From the NCBI GenBank assembly GCA_964106915.2, contig OZ066919.1: a stretch of 64,000 bases of DNA; one strand, given 5' to 3'. The DNA is from Podarcis gaigeae (Eukaryota). Made by a program: the position numbers and the translations under genes. Numbering within the stretch: the first letter of the stretch is position 1; each line of letters opens with the position of its first letter. Positions 1 to 13,509 of the stretch are shown here, one piece after another. Under the pieces are notes generated by a model, which ran no database searches, was not told the origin of the DNA, and saw nothing but the letters and a program-made list of their open reading frames with translations.

Positions 1-934
1 GAGACAGAGGATGGCACAAGAGCTTGAAGATGCAAGAGAATTTCAGAAATAGGTTTCATGCTTTTCTTCTACCCATACCACTTACCTGTTTTTTGGTAAG
101 TTTGCTGCAGAATAAATGAGTAAGAAGCTAGATGGGCTTCTGCGAACCTTAGTTTGCCAAGGGCAGAGGAAGGTATCTGCATCATACTCTGCATTCTGTT
201 GTTCTCAAACTAAATCAAACTGCTCAAGCCTTGGAGTGTACTTTAGGTAAAACCTACTGGAAACAACAAAGGATAAAAAATCGATTCACAAATGCTACCT
301 TTAAAGTCACATTTGGCATTAGTAGAGGGGAAATGTGCCCAGCCAACTAATGCAGTTACAGCTGAGGTTTAATCTCTTGCTGGCTGCCTTTACTTTATAA
401 AAGGCTTTTAATCTTACTCAACTTTGTCACCACTAGTTTTAGCAGGGAAAGAAAACAGTCTGTTTTGTTAATACTCTCTTTCTCAGGCCAAATGATCCTT
501 CCATCAATTAGTTGCAAAGACAGTGGCCTCCCCATGCTGTGGTAGTTTGGCCCTCTGACCAATCTAATCTCAGTAGAAGTATAGTATGCCCAAGTATCAG
601 CTGCGCACGAACTTCCTTTTTGTGAACAAGCAGAAAGCCTTGGTTGATCATAGTGCCTGGTTATGCCCAAATGGCTTCCAAACAAGCCAAAATATGGAGT
701 TAAAGGTTTTAAGTTTGCTTATATATCTTAGCTTGTTTGGCAGTTATTAACCATCTGTTCATAGTGGGAACAGGAAACCATGCTTAACTAGGATTTCCTG
801 GCTTGTTTCACAGATCACACAAAGGGAGGAGCAAAGCTTCCATGTGTGGGTGCCTGACACTCCTGCATATTGCAGCTTAGAATTTATTGTCATAGCACAA
901 TTATCAAGCAAACTTGGTATACAACTAAATCAGT

Positions 935-1058
935 ACAGGTGGTGTGGGAAACCTGTCGCTCTCCAGATGTTACTGAACTACAACTCCCATCAGCCCCCAC
1001 AAGTGTGGCCAGTGATGACAGTTCATCAACATCTGCAGTACAGATGAGCCATAAGTTC
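935..1058. mobile_element. Degenerate copy of the 'actacaactcccatca' MITE group
   Basis: ccagatgttactgaactacaactcccatcagcccc...caacatctg. Confidence 0.7.
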
Positions 1059-2080
1059 TAAATCTATCCAGTATTTCTTACTCTTCCCCCCACCCAAATA
1101 TATTTATACATTAAGCTTCTCTATCTTTTCCTTCCACTTTAATTTATTTTGCTTTTGTTTTTCTGACTTTTGTTTTCTGCTCCTAACACTAATGGTACAT
1201 TTTAATTCACTGGTTGCCACTTATTGCTAATATTCCTAATTGATGGTGATCTGTGGGTTTCAGCTACAAAGGAGTTGTACGGGGAAAAGAGCAGAACATA
1301 TTAATCTACCACTTTTGCCTGAACTGGTGCCATAACGCCCACTGCCAACACTGGTGTACTATAGCCTTTTGGGCTAGCCCTGCATGTGTTACAAGAGCTT
1401 GTTATAGCTGCTAGTCCTCAGAGGTCCTGTTCACATAAGTAGCAGAGCCAAGCATCCTAAGTTCATTCAGGACAACTATAAAAGTATTTAATATAACTTG
1501 ATTTGTTGACATAAGATGTTGTGCTGACTACTGGGTTAAATGACTGAAAAAAAGATTATACCAAATACATGAAATAGGCCAGAAGCAGTATGCGTCTGAA
1601 TACCTGTTGTGTTGGGGAGGATACTGTTTATGCATTGCTTCTTGATTTTATGGAAATTTGATTTGACCACTGGGGAGAACAGAATGATGACACTTTAGTT
1701 CAAAACACAGTTTTGATGAAAGATCAGGACGAAAGTGGGGGTGTATTTTCTAAGCCGCAAACTGTTGGGTAGTTGGAAATAGAAACAGCTTCTTGGGGGA
1801 AATCTGAATTCCACACAACAAATAAATAGTAACTGTGTCTTTGTAGCATGAAATACTATAAAAGGAACCTCTGTGAAATCAGACATTTACCAAAGAAGCA
1901 GACTATCACATCCCTTAAAAGTTGCACAAGAAATGCAACTGTTTCACTGGATTTCATACTGCTCAAGCATTATTCTCGCCCTTATGCTAGCGCAGCAGCT
2001 CTTGCTCGGGTGGTCAGAGGATGCTGAATCCAGGCTAGAGCTTTCTTCCTTAGCTCTGTCTTTTCAACCACAAAAGTAGA

Positions 2081-2096
2081 TTTATTTGTTTTTATT
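2081..2096 (-). terminator. Tandem AATAAA polyadenylation signals, probable distal TESK2 3' end
   Basis: Minus strand reads ...cagAATAAAaacaAATAAAtctacttttgtggttg, i.e. two hexamers followed by a GU-rich element. Confidence 0.6.
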
Positions 2097-5000
2097 CTGA
2101 AAGCAAATTGGGAAACAGTTTACAAAAACTGACAAAGAAAACATTCAAATACTTTAAACTAGATTCATCTTTGGTTACTTATTTCAGTTCCAGTAAAACA
2201 TACTGCTGCTGTAGTTCAGGAAAAAAGTCAGACCAAGTAAAACATAAAAACCAATATTTGCCTTCTTTACACATCCATAAATATCTGCAGTATTAGAAAA
2301 ATGTTTCGTAAAGATTCTTTTCTGGCAGTGTTAAATTATACACAGGCTACAGACTTTTTTCCTAAGATTTAATGACAAAGTTTAGCTATTTACAGACTGC
2401 AAATATTAAGACATAAAATTCCTTCATAAATATGAAAATAGACCTTGCAAAGATCTTTAAACCTTAATCAAATATTTGGCTGCCCCCAAAGGTTATTTTT
2501 GCATAGAAATGTAGTGACATGCAGTATAAACAGCAGCATTAAGTGCAAAGAGGAATTATTCAAGTGTCTGTAGTTAAACTGGCAAGAAATACCAGTGTTC
2601 TTGGACAAGATACAGCAACCAAGAATAACCTATCATACTCCTGTCTTCTGCTGGGGTAGCAATTTGTTACATACAATTATACAGAGTCATCTTTCACCAA
2701 TCAGTCACAAGTATTGCTGCTATTACGTGTTTAATAAATGTAACTTAGAAAGATTGAGGGAATTAAAAACAGATTGGGGATCTTAGATGGGTCTGCAGGT
2801 CGCTTGTAAGAAAGCAAGATGCATCTGTCAGCAAATCAAAAACATGATAAAAGCAAAATTCACTATTGTATTTGTACAAAGCACTGCCACTGTCTTGCCA
2901 CAATCTGTATTCATTACAGCTAATGGCCAACAGCTGCTCTGCAATACTGGCTCTAGACTGCATACCCAGAAGGCCATGGGGCCAGGGGCTCTTGCATGTT
3001 GTAAAAGTGGATAGCATACATTTAATTTTAGCCACACAATGACCAAGGAATTGGCTTCCACCAAGCTCCTTCAAAAAGAACTCCATTACAGTGTGGGCTG
3101 GAGAAATGTGATGCTTTCTGTACCAGGATAAGAGACTAAAGCCTTGCACTAGCATTCTGCTACGAATGCAGAGCAGCCATATAAGCAGCGACCCTCTCCC
3201 CCAGCTCATGAAAGAATACCACATCTGATAGGTTGTTTGCAGAAAAACTGCAGGAAAGCAGGAAAAACATAGATGAAGCAAAATTAGAGAGGCCACTTGT
3301 TTAAATCTTCACAAAACAGTAAGAGCACAAGTCAAACATCTAAAGGCTACAGGGTTCTAGGAGCTCACACATCAACCACAGACCAGAGTAGGCAGAAGTG
3401 TGGACTCCTTTCATGGCCTCTAAAGCAGACTCCAGGGCTCAGTTCTTTCAGTATCCATGCACTGATCAAGAGCAAATGCTTCTTCCTTGGAGGAACAAAA
3501 TGTTACTATATCCTAAGTGTGCAGTGAGATGGTAACACATTTATTTTTCACTGTCTTTAAAAAAATGCATGCAAAAAAATAGCTGTGGGGAGTTCTCTGG
3601 AAGGAACTTGACAAGGTTAAGGGCTCCTATATAAATAAGCATAGATTGCAAAAAGATGTTACTGCTGTCAAGGTTGCAACAAGCAACTCTTGGGCAAAAT
3701 ATTGTTACCTGTTTTTCAAATATTTCCATATCTGTGATCCCCAAGTTATTGCTTGATACTTTTTGTGGACTTTCACCGTTTTTATGGTTCCTTTTTGAGG
3801 AGTTAATAAGAGAGGACATCTACACACATCAGGAAGCAGCACTGTTTTTTTATTTATTCCCCACAGGGGAGTTCTCATTAGCCTATTATATTAAAATAAG
3901 GGACTAGAGTCAAGACTTGGGACTCCAATCCCTCTTATTCAGCACTTACTAACTTCTCTCTACTTTGAGCATTGTGCTAGACTTGATACTCAGAAAGAGA
4001 GACCAGTAAGGACTGGAAGTACTATTTCTGCAGCTACAGTCAGAGTCTAGTGAACAAGCATCCCTCTTCCAATGGAGGAATCTCAGGTGAGGTACTTTTA
4101 AGTTATACAAAATGCAAATACAGACCAAGTTTCCATATGTGCACACATCTGTTCAGAGTGTGTGACTGACCCACATGGAGAGGCTGATTGAAGAGTTGCA
4201 CAAAGAGCTGGACAGAGCTGGATTTTAAGAGAATGCTGATGTGGAAGGGCTGGCTTATTTTTTAAGAGCTCTCATGTCAAACACTTGGATGGTTATATAC
4301 TTAATTTCTTCTACAATATAGAATTGGAGATACTGAAGAGTTACAAACACACAGCTGTTCATCCTCTTTGTGCACTTCATATTTACTGAATAGGCATTTG
4401 GTTGCACAGCACCTATTATTGCTTAAGGAAGATGGGATCGACCTCTTTCTTGGTCATGGTATTAAGGTGACCAAAGCAAATAATAATTGGACAAGGAATG
4501 CTTGAAATAGGAATCTGAGCTGTTTGCTTCCAGTGTTTGAAACTGGATTGGAAGAGGTAGGAAATTTAGCTCCAGCAGTCAAGTCTGACTTTCTTCAGTG
4601 GAAGTTTGGGTTTCAGGCCAGCACTATGAACCTGTCATTATAACAGAGGTACAGGATGCTACCAGCTTATCTATCTATGTAGTCCCAGCATTGCCAGTTT
4701 CCATCTTGTTATTTATACCTGCTCAGCAGCTCCCAAGAAGGGACACAAGGTTTTATAGATTTTTTTAAAGGATGCTGCCCAGTTTAGAAGAATTTCTTCA
4801 ATAGGATCTAAGCTGTGTACACAGACAGAAAATGGCTTCTAAGTAGAGGCAAGCCTAGGATCCCAAATTTATGGCCCTGCATTGATCCAGGCATTCCATG
4901 GAGATATTGTTCTCCCCTTCTGCCTGCAGTAGCTGCCTCCTGAGGTACGGTAAGGGATTATGATCTCTCACACACTGACATACATGCTGTCTCTCCAAAT

Positions 5001-5103
5001 GGACTGGTCTGGTTGCTACACTTTGCTAGAGTATTCTGAAATAAAAAATTAAAAAAGCAAAGAAGTTGGGAGGAATATGCCACCATGGTATCATGGCTGA
5101 ACT

Positions 5104-6110
5104 TTAAATGTCACATTTTGATTGCTCGCATACTGATGCTGGTGCATCTGAAGATGGCAGAGAAACAAGATTTGAGACGTCACTATCCACTGCCTCAAAA
5201 AGAGAGGCTTCTCTGCCAGACTGTGGGGAAGGGTTAACACTGAACAATAGTTTGGAAGACTCCGACCTAGTGGAAGGCATGTTCCTTTGAGTTTCATCTT
5301 CAACTTCCATATCTTCAGAGGAGATGCAGCTCATAAACATCTCTGAGGATCTACTATCTGAATGGTCTAAATTATGTGCCAAGATACAATCTACATTCTG
5401 GGCAACTTGCCCCCTGGGCTTTCCGAGTTCTGCTTCCTTAGCAAAATTTACAGGGCAGTATCCATTTTCATCTTGGGGCTCCAGTCCATCAGAATAGTCC
5501 ATTTCTTCCTCCTGCAGAGGAGGAGAAGGCGAGTTCTGCCTATGATGTTTGGCCTGAAAAGGAGGAATCTCAGACACTCCATATTGACTGCTGCTCAGTA
5601 GCTTCTGCCGCACTTCAGCCCCCAGCTGGCTAGGATCACATCTACTAATGGTTGAAGAGAGATCCCCAAATGTTCTATAATCTTTATGCACAAATTCAAG
5701 AGATCCTGGAAGTGATCTGCTCCGTCTTGCAGGAAGGAAAGAGGAGTCCAGCCAGTCAGTGTTAGAAGTTTGCCGGAATGGGGTCTGGTTCATCTTTAGA
5801 TATCCTTCTGCCTCCGGGGAGTGCAAGTCAAATACAAGTGATATCACAGATTTGCTTGGCAAATCAAAAAATTTGACCTTTCCACCTTTCAAGTCTTCCC
5901 TAGAATTGAAAGGGTTGACTTTCCGGTTTGCCCCTTTGCTTGGTGTATAGTAGGGATCCTGAACATTTATCTTGCGGCAAGGTTTGCGAGAGAATATGTC
6001 TGACTGACTGCGCGATAGCCAGATATTGCGCCGTGGACGGGGTGATTTAGGTGGAATCTTGTCATCCAGTGAACTTAGCCTTTTTACTCCTTGTCCCCTC
6101 TCTAGTAAAC
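5104..6110 (-). CDS. TESK2: TESK2 exon 11, coding part (C-terminal regulatory tail; RRSRSLP 14-3-3-type motif at 5707-5727)
   Basis: ccattctag|GLLERGQGVKRLSSLDDKIPPKSPRPRRNIWLSRSQSDIFSRKP...SKCDI-TAA. Equals ORF 5104..6225 from residue 39. Confidence 0.96.
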
Positions 6111-8480
6111 CTAGAATGGAGAGAAAAAGAAAATCAGACTTAAAGGATGTTGCTAGTGACAGGATTAGAATGATACAGAAAAAGATCACCAGTGTACATA
6201 TGACATTCTGTTCAGCCTTCCACAAAACCCCACACCTTGGAAATGTATGGGCTCACATGGAATTCTGTATCAGTTGAGATCTAAATAATTTTTTATTCAT
6301 CATAAGTAGGAAGTAAAGGTCTAGTGTAGAATATTAGTACCAATAAATAGTGTTTAAAGTAATCTAAGGGTTGATACGATCTCTAACTTCTCATGTTCAT
6401 CCAAAATCTTTTCTCTGCGTCAACATTTTACTGCTTTAAGCTTCATTCTGCATAGACCGTTAGAGGGGAATGAAGTACCAATTGTTAAAGACTGAAGACA
6501 GAATAACAAGTCTTATCTGTGGGCAAGTAATTTCAAAGGCCAACATAACAGGAGATATAGCCTTCCCATTCTATTATTGTGCTCTGTGCACTAGCAGATT
6601 GTTCCCAAGAACAAGAGTTGAGGAGGACAGCCACCATTTCATGAGACTATAAGACAAATTCATGCTACTAAAGGCTGATGTTTTCAACGTGAGGTTTCCT
6701 TAGAGCAAAGACACCCCTGTGCTTTGAAAGGTGAAGGCAAACAATAATACCTCCCTCTGGAAGTGAAGAGATTATATTCCACATCAGCTTTGAAACAGCA
6801 CATAGTCCAGTGCAGAAACTATGACACACAGCAGTTGGGCTTGGGGGTAAAATCTGTTAAATACATGTAAATAATGCATCACTAAATAGAGCAACTGCAA
6901 ATATTAAGGTCAAGTGGAAAGTAGCTGTCCCAGCCATGTAACAGCTTCCTCTCAAAACTGAGAACAGGTACCCAAATTTTGGCTGCAATTTCTCTAAGCA
7001 CACCAGGGGGCAGTGTGATGCTTTACAAGAAGGTACAATCCAATCCTAACACCAATGCTTCCTATGTTTTATTATGTTAAACATATATATTTCTGGGTAC
7101 ATTAAAGGATTTGCAATTCACCAGCACTGATACAGAAACCTTTTGAACAAATTTCGGGGTCCACGTGTATCTCCCACATATGAAAGCGCTTCCTCATTTG
7201 CGCAATGCCAAGTACAGCTCTCCTCACATGTCTCCAGTGCCCTTAATATTGCAAAGAATGAAGAACCCAGTGTACTCTGGATCAAGCTGCCAGCGGCTAT
7301 TGCTGTTCAAATGAAGGCACTTTTCCGTACAGTCCTCAGTCCTTATTGTGTGGGGTAATGACACCTATGGCCTGAAACAATGTATTCAGTCCCTAGATTT
7401 ATTTCACTCGCAGTTTCCACAAACCAACTTGCAGCAGTAGTCTTCAAAGCTGCAATAATTCAAACTGATCTGATATAGCCTCTAGGAAATACTTTGCAAT
7501 AAGTCAGCCTCTGGTTAAAGGTCAGACATCCCAAGCCAACAAGGAAGAGCTTAATTTGGATGAAGTTCCTGGAATCTGTTTCACAAGGGCACAGAAGACA
7601 CCAGGAGCCTTGTTTGCTTCTAAAATTAGATATTTAAACTCCAAAAGTGCAAGCTACAGAAAAAGCTACTAACAGCTAGTAGTTACTTATGTAACAGTTT
7701 CCTTTTGAGGTCTATATAGTTAGAATTTGGGTACCTACGGAGCTGGGCTTTAGAAAAAGTGGGAAATAAGAATAAAAAAGATGAACGATCAAAAGTTTAT
7801 ATCATATGCAAATAAAATGTTCCCTTTGAAAAATAAAATAAGAGGACTAATGTCAAGCAACAAAGCATTTGTGAGAACTGGTCTTCATCTGTCATAGCCT
7901 ATGATGCATAAAAAATGGGTGTCTCAGAAATGATATTAGGGTATGGGGAAAAGTTTGTTCTCAAAGTGGAACCTCCTCTGATCCTGCAAGGATTACGACA
8001 CCAAACAAAGGATTATTTTACTCCACTAGTCAAGATGTCCCTTAATGACATTAAGCAGAGCAATTCTAATTCACATTTACACATGGGGCGTGACAGAGAG
8101 AAGACAAGACAACATCCTGGAGATCCACTTGCAGAGTGTCCATCATACCAACTGTCCTGCTACTGCCACTGCAAACAGAGCAGCTTCCTTTTCTGTCCCC
8201 AGCCCGAACTGACAGGGCTGGGACAGAGTTGCACCTTTTCCATGGGCCTGTCTGGGGAAAGGGGGCTTTGGCACACACCTTGTTTCCCCAAGGCAACATC
8301 AATATTGAATTTCGTGATAATGTAGCTCAAGTCAAGTTTTCTTATTTGGAAATAAAAGTATTATTTCTGGTTTACATTCCCCATCAAAAATTCAAGAAAG
8401 GAACCCTCACTATAATACAATTTTTGTTATTCTTGATTAGTAATCGGAGCAGCTTTGTGCTCATTCCCCTTGATCCCTAC

Positions 8481-8628
8481 CTTTGGAAACTGAGATGGGT
8501 TTTCGATCTGTGCTGTCCAGATTTAGGAGCTTTCTTTCTCTTTCAGCCTCCTCACTTTTCAAATTCCCTAGAATTTCCTCCAGTGTCTTGCCAATGTCAG
8601 CAAATGAAGGACGTAATTTTGGGTCCAT
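8481..8628 (-). CDS. TESK2: TESK2 exon 10 (end of kinase domain)
   Basis: ttaatag|MDPKLRPSFADIGKTLEEILGNLKSEEAERERKLLNLDSTDRKPISVSK(G)|gtaggg; 148 nt, phase 1. Confidence 0.94.
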
Positions 8629-9031
8629 CTATTAACAAAATAAGTGACAAGATACATAAGAGCTTAGTCATGAAGAAAACTCTGTACACATAGCACTATT
8701 TTACAAAAACATTATTTTCTTGGTTTTTAATAAATTAATTCTCACAGGCACCATCTTTAACACATGTATACCTACAGGCATATTGTTATGTTACATGGAA
8801 GAAAGATTAACTGATGTTTCATTTTGACAAAGCCATACATCTAAAGCAATGTGGAGCAGAGGAACTATAACTTTTAAAATATCCTCTTTGCTTTAAAATA
8901 TCCTATTTGCATTCCAGAAATCTAACATTAGATTGTATAGATGTCCTCTCCTCCAAGTCCCTCATGAACCATTTATCCAAGTTACCAGAGGAAATATGCT
9001 CATTCCATTATTTTCCTTTAAATATACTCAC

Positions 9032-9118
9032 ATTGCAGCAGTTGAAGGCCAACTGGAGGAAGTTAGGGGGACAATCTCCCACCATATGCTGGAAAGCATC
9101 ATAATCCAACCCAAAATT
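9032..9118 (-). CDS. TESK2: TESK2 exon 9
   Basis: ttgcag|NFGLDYDAFQHMVGDCPPNFLQLAFNCCN|gtgagt; 87 nt. Confidence 0.96.
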
Positions 9119-10412
9119 CTGCAAGTAGAGGTGGAAAAAGAAAAGGAAGGGAAAAGTTAACAACTGAGGCACACGAGAGGAGGGGGGAGGAAATATGTGC
9201 TAGACGAAGAAATGAGGAAATCATGAAGACAGTGTTACAAGGCAAAGCATGAAAGAGAATTACAGATAATAATTCTCTACTTAAGCAATACAATGAATTA
9301 CATATATAGGTTATTCCCCATACAAGCAACACACCAAATCACATCTATTAGTGCTCTAACACAAATACAAGGTTCCTATGTAGATATGAGGAATGGCAAG
9401 GGGAAAGGGTAATTTCTTCTTGTCTCAGTTTGTGCCTTGATCTTGTATGGACACTGAGGTATACCTACTGTCTCCTAAACATTCTGCCATATGAGCTGAA
9501 TTTATCTGAAGCACAGTTCATATAACCTGACATTCCTAACTGTACAATGTTTAGCCATCTACAGCTTAAAATGCATAAATAAACTGCATAACGTATCTGT
9601 GATGAAGTAGGACAACTTTCAACTTGCATCATAATCCATCTAGTTTTGCAATAACTACTTGGACTTTGGCATGGACTACTTTAAGAGTTGGTAATTTCAT
9701 AAGTTCTCTCCAAGGCAAGATGACTGCCTCAAAATCCCCCCTTCTCTTGCACAGAGAAGACATTTTCTACACTTTCAGTTTGAGAATATTTCATAGGAAG
9801 CTGCCTTAAGCCAGGTCAGGCTACTTGCAATTTGGCCACGCATCATCTACTTCAGCTAGCAGTAATTCTCAAGTGTCTCCTGCAGAGGTCTATCAAATCA
9901 GTGCCTACCTAGTCTTTTTAACTGGAGATGCCTGGGGTTGAACCTGGAACTTTCTGAATAGGTAGGATAGGACATGACAACTTCTCTCTTATCCTGCTCT
10001 CCTGTGAAAAGGCAGAAGTGCATCTAAGGTAGTGAGGCAACTCGCCAATACCAAAATGTATTTCTAATTTAGAAGAGAAGGACTCCTATGCAGATAGTCC
10101 TCTTTCAGTGAATAAGGTACCATCAATAACCTGCTTTGGGTTATACCAGTCAGATATTATAGAAGCTCATGACTAATTCCTGATGTAGCATTGACCTGCA
10201 AAGTATAATTATGTGCTTTAAATGGGGAAGGAGTGGAGAGAAGGGGTTAGTGCCAGTCTCTGCATGCAACTGTAGCAGAGGATGAATGCTTTCTTAGAAG
10301 ACTTATACAGCGGTCATTCACCATGTGTTCAGCAACTCTGCAAACATTAATGACCCAGCGAAATTCTTGAGGATTCTTCCCTTTCCAGTCCTTGTTAATG
10401 CACTCTGCTTAC

Positions 10413-10496
10413 CTCTGTGCGAGGGAGATAGTCTGGATCTGCCTGGATCCTTGCTATAATCTCACAAAGAATGATGCCATACGAGAATACATCCGC
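10413..10496 (-). CDS. TESK2: TESK2 exon 8
   Basis: cctcag|[28 protein letters not shown]|gtaagc; 84 nt; visible inside ORF 10395..10667. Confidence 0.97.
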
Positions 10497-11795
10497 CTGA
10501 GGAGGGGTGGAGGGGGAGAAAGAAAACATGACCACAACTTTATTACAGGCACTCCTATGCTGCCTGATCTGGTAGGGTCTCCCTTCCCCATTCACATGAC
10601 AAAAGTGTCCTCTAAGGTGTTCACAGTTTTTACTTTCCAACATTTGCCAAAGTTCTAGGTCAAGCAATTAAAACCTAGGCCTGCAGAGTGGCAGTCTCAC
10701 TCCCTTCTCCTAAGGGATAATGCATAAAAGCATATTCATTGAAAAGGTATCTTAGGACCCAGAGATGTACCTGTAAACAGGGCTCAATGTGGACTTTTCA
10801 ACTTTGAGGTGCTCTCTGCTTCCCCATCTCTGCTGCTCAGTGCATGTGTGCAAGCCCCCAGATCAAAGTCCAATTGCCTATTTCCCTTTCAGGTAGGATG
10901 CTTCAGGTAGGATGCCCAATTTGTATTGTTATATGATCAAGTGTGTGTTTACTATACTTTTTAAAAAATGGCTAACCTTTATTCACTCTTAAAACTGCTC
11001 TGAGAAGATGTGACTGTGGTTGCGGCCAGCTAATCAGTACTGTGCAAAACTGGCTTTTGTTGCAAACCAGAAGAACATATTTAAGCTCAGTCTGGGAGAG
11101 CCTGGAAAAAATGTGGTGTGCTTAAAAATAATGTACATCTAATGTACATGTATCCCACTGCCCACTCCAAACAAGGAAAATCAGAAAATGTTGCAGTATT
11201 AATTGGGAGAGAGAGCTCATCCAACCAATTACCAAATGTATTTAGAGCTATAGAAAATACTACTCAAAGAAAAGAGAAAGTACATAACATATTGCTGTGC
11301 AATATTCAAAACAAAACAGCATGCGTATGACTAGAGAAAACAACCTCCCCTATAGCATATCATACCTATCATATGAGATAATTCAGCTAGGTACTTGCAG
11401 GCACAGGGTTTCATATGATTTATGCTGTGCTGCTTTTTACTTGCTTATCTAGAAGCATTTATTGTCATAATAAAACTGTAAAGGTTGAGAAACCCATTTT
11501 TTGCTACTCTGAAAATTAAGAAAAACAGAAACCTTGGATATTTATTCCACTTAATGAAATAAAAAGTGCTGTCGTTCTATTCAGATGAGATCCACAGAAC
11601 TCTGAAATCATGTTCAGGAAGGAGCAGATTCCAACTGAATTTTCTACGTAGGACCCATTCAGCTAAACGTATTAATTACTATCATGTTAGAACAGCTTTA
11701 AAGCTACAGATGCTCACAAATTCCCCACCCCCAACTATGCCAGGCAACCAGCAACCCGGTATCTATTAACTGATGTATAATTAAAGAAGACCAAC

Positions 11796-11871
11796 CTTTT
11801 CATTATATGGCTCATCTCTCAGCACTTCAGGTGCCATCCAGTAAGGAGAGCCCACCACTGGCAGTTTCTCA
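11796..11871 (-). CDS. TESK2: TESK2 exon 7 (activation loop, APE)
   Basis: cttaaag|(T)EKLPVVGSPYWMAPEVLRDEPYNEK|gttggt; 76 nt. This is the nearest in-phase AG; the acceptor is less certain than the others. Confidence 0.9.
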
Positions 11872-13509
11872 CTTTAAGCATTTGGAGAGAGAGGTGGTTA
11901 GAAGCTGGCAAATTAAGCATTTCTTTGCAACTCCTTTCACTTTCAGCATGGGAACAAGTACAAGCTGTTCTCTTGCCATTCATATTGATTCTATTTGTCT
12001 GGACAACAGAAGGTGATGGAGAGAGCAGAGGTGAAGTGTGAAGTGGCCAGAGTACCACTGCAAGCCAAAAGAGCTTCTGTCCTTTCTCCTGAAAGGCCTC
12101 TTCATATTCTAGGCTCTTCAGAGCAAGTCTTCAGATATCATTAACAGGCAACAGTTGACACTTCAGAACACCATTCAGTAGCAGATAACCCTTAGCCTGA
12201 ACAAAATATCCCATGACAAATCTGACTATTCAGAAGTTTCTCCCTGGACAATTCAGAAAAGTATTCTACTTAGGAAGCATGATAGGAAGCTTCCTGAAAA
12301 TTGAAATAATTCATTTCCATATTTATAGAGCAGCTGTGTCAAGTCAGTACATTTTTTAGTTTAATTTTGTTTCACCCGAACTGTTCTAGTTCAGTTCATT
12401 AATGGATCACTTATCCAATGGGAAGAATATGACAATACTGATTTGCATAACTGCTTGAAGCATGTTCAGGGTCAAAATAGTCACTAAAATAGTAATTTTA
12501 CAGAACTCCACTCATTAGTATTCATGGTACTTTACACAGCAGTTAAACCATTTTGATATCTTTTTTAAAAAAGAAAATGAAAAACAGGAAGGCAAGGAGA
12601 AAGTTTTCTAAGTGCATGATGATATCTGAAAGAACTGTATGGAACTTTCAGGAACTGATTTCAGTGAGAGAACTCAAATGCGGATCATGTAAAGGAATAT
12701 ATACCTGAGCATGTGCAAAATACTTATAGTCATCACTGAGCAAACATATACTGCAGCAAACACTGAGGATCAAAAGGTGCACGTCAAGGTGAGCACCAAC
12801 ATCTATCTTTTTTAGGAGATGACTTCATTTAGCCACTATGCAAACTCATGGTAAAAACTTCCAGAGCAACTTCAGTCTTAGTCTATTGCAGCTAAAACAA
12901 AGAGGCTTATAGCACCTTCAAGTCTAACCAATTTATTATGGCATAAGCTTTCATGGTCTGGAGTCCATTTCATAAGTTGCTGCTGGGACTGTTATCCTCA
13001 CTTGACAGATACATATACACACTCGGGCATACAAGAGAGAAAATATAAATAGGTGGGCTAAAAAAAGCCAATAATTGCAAACAGGTGGAATACAGTCCTG
13101 TTCTTCTTCAGCTTTGGTTTTGCAGGTTGCTGCTGATCTAAAACTGCCATTCTCTATTAGAAGAAATTCAAAGGGAAATCTAGCATGAAATAGAAGAATT
13201 AGAACTAATAACCATATTTGATTTTGTTTGCCCTGTTTGGCAAGTTTAATTCTGTTTGACTATACAAAATGGTTCTCTCTCCCACTACAGGTATTACTAA
13301 TGAGAAGTTGATTCTGCAAAATAACTTATAACCAATACCTGCTGCTGTGAATGGTCATTACTTGTTTGACAGATTAAAAGTTTTACTGAATTTTCAGACT
13401 GTACCTTTAAATTTCTTTGCCATTTTATTCCCACGGCTGAGGATTTCCCCCATATTTTATGTTTGCAGTAATATTCCTCATTTTGATTCATGCTGACAAT
13501 GCTACTTAC

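Noticed and set aside
1-120. Short open frame RQRMAQELEDAREFQK* followed by AATAAA, as a possible last exon of a neighbour
   Set aside because: Does not resemble the TOE1 C-terminus as I recall it and is too short to support.
2763-3296. 177-aa minus-strand ORF
   Set aside because: Lies in the inferred TESK2 3' UTR, starts at a non-ATG codon, and has no recognisable homology.
6111-6225. Hydrophobic, signal-peptide-like N-terminus of the 373-aa ORF
   Set aside because: Intron 10 read-through in front of the exon 11 acceptor; starts at a non-ATG codon.
7915-8693. 136-aa and 185-aa plus-strand ORFs
   Set aside because: Partly antisense to exon 10, no motifs, intron-like composition.
10888-10916. 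Short tandem duplications (here ttcaggtaggatgc x2; others at ~28760, ~32775, ~36425, ~54370)
   Set aside because: Two-copy slippage products with no repeat-spacer periodicity; not an array or CRISPR.
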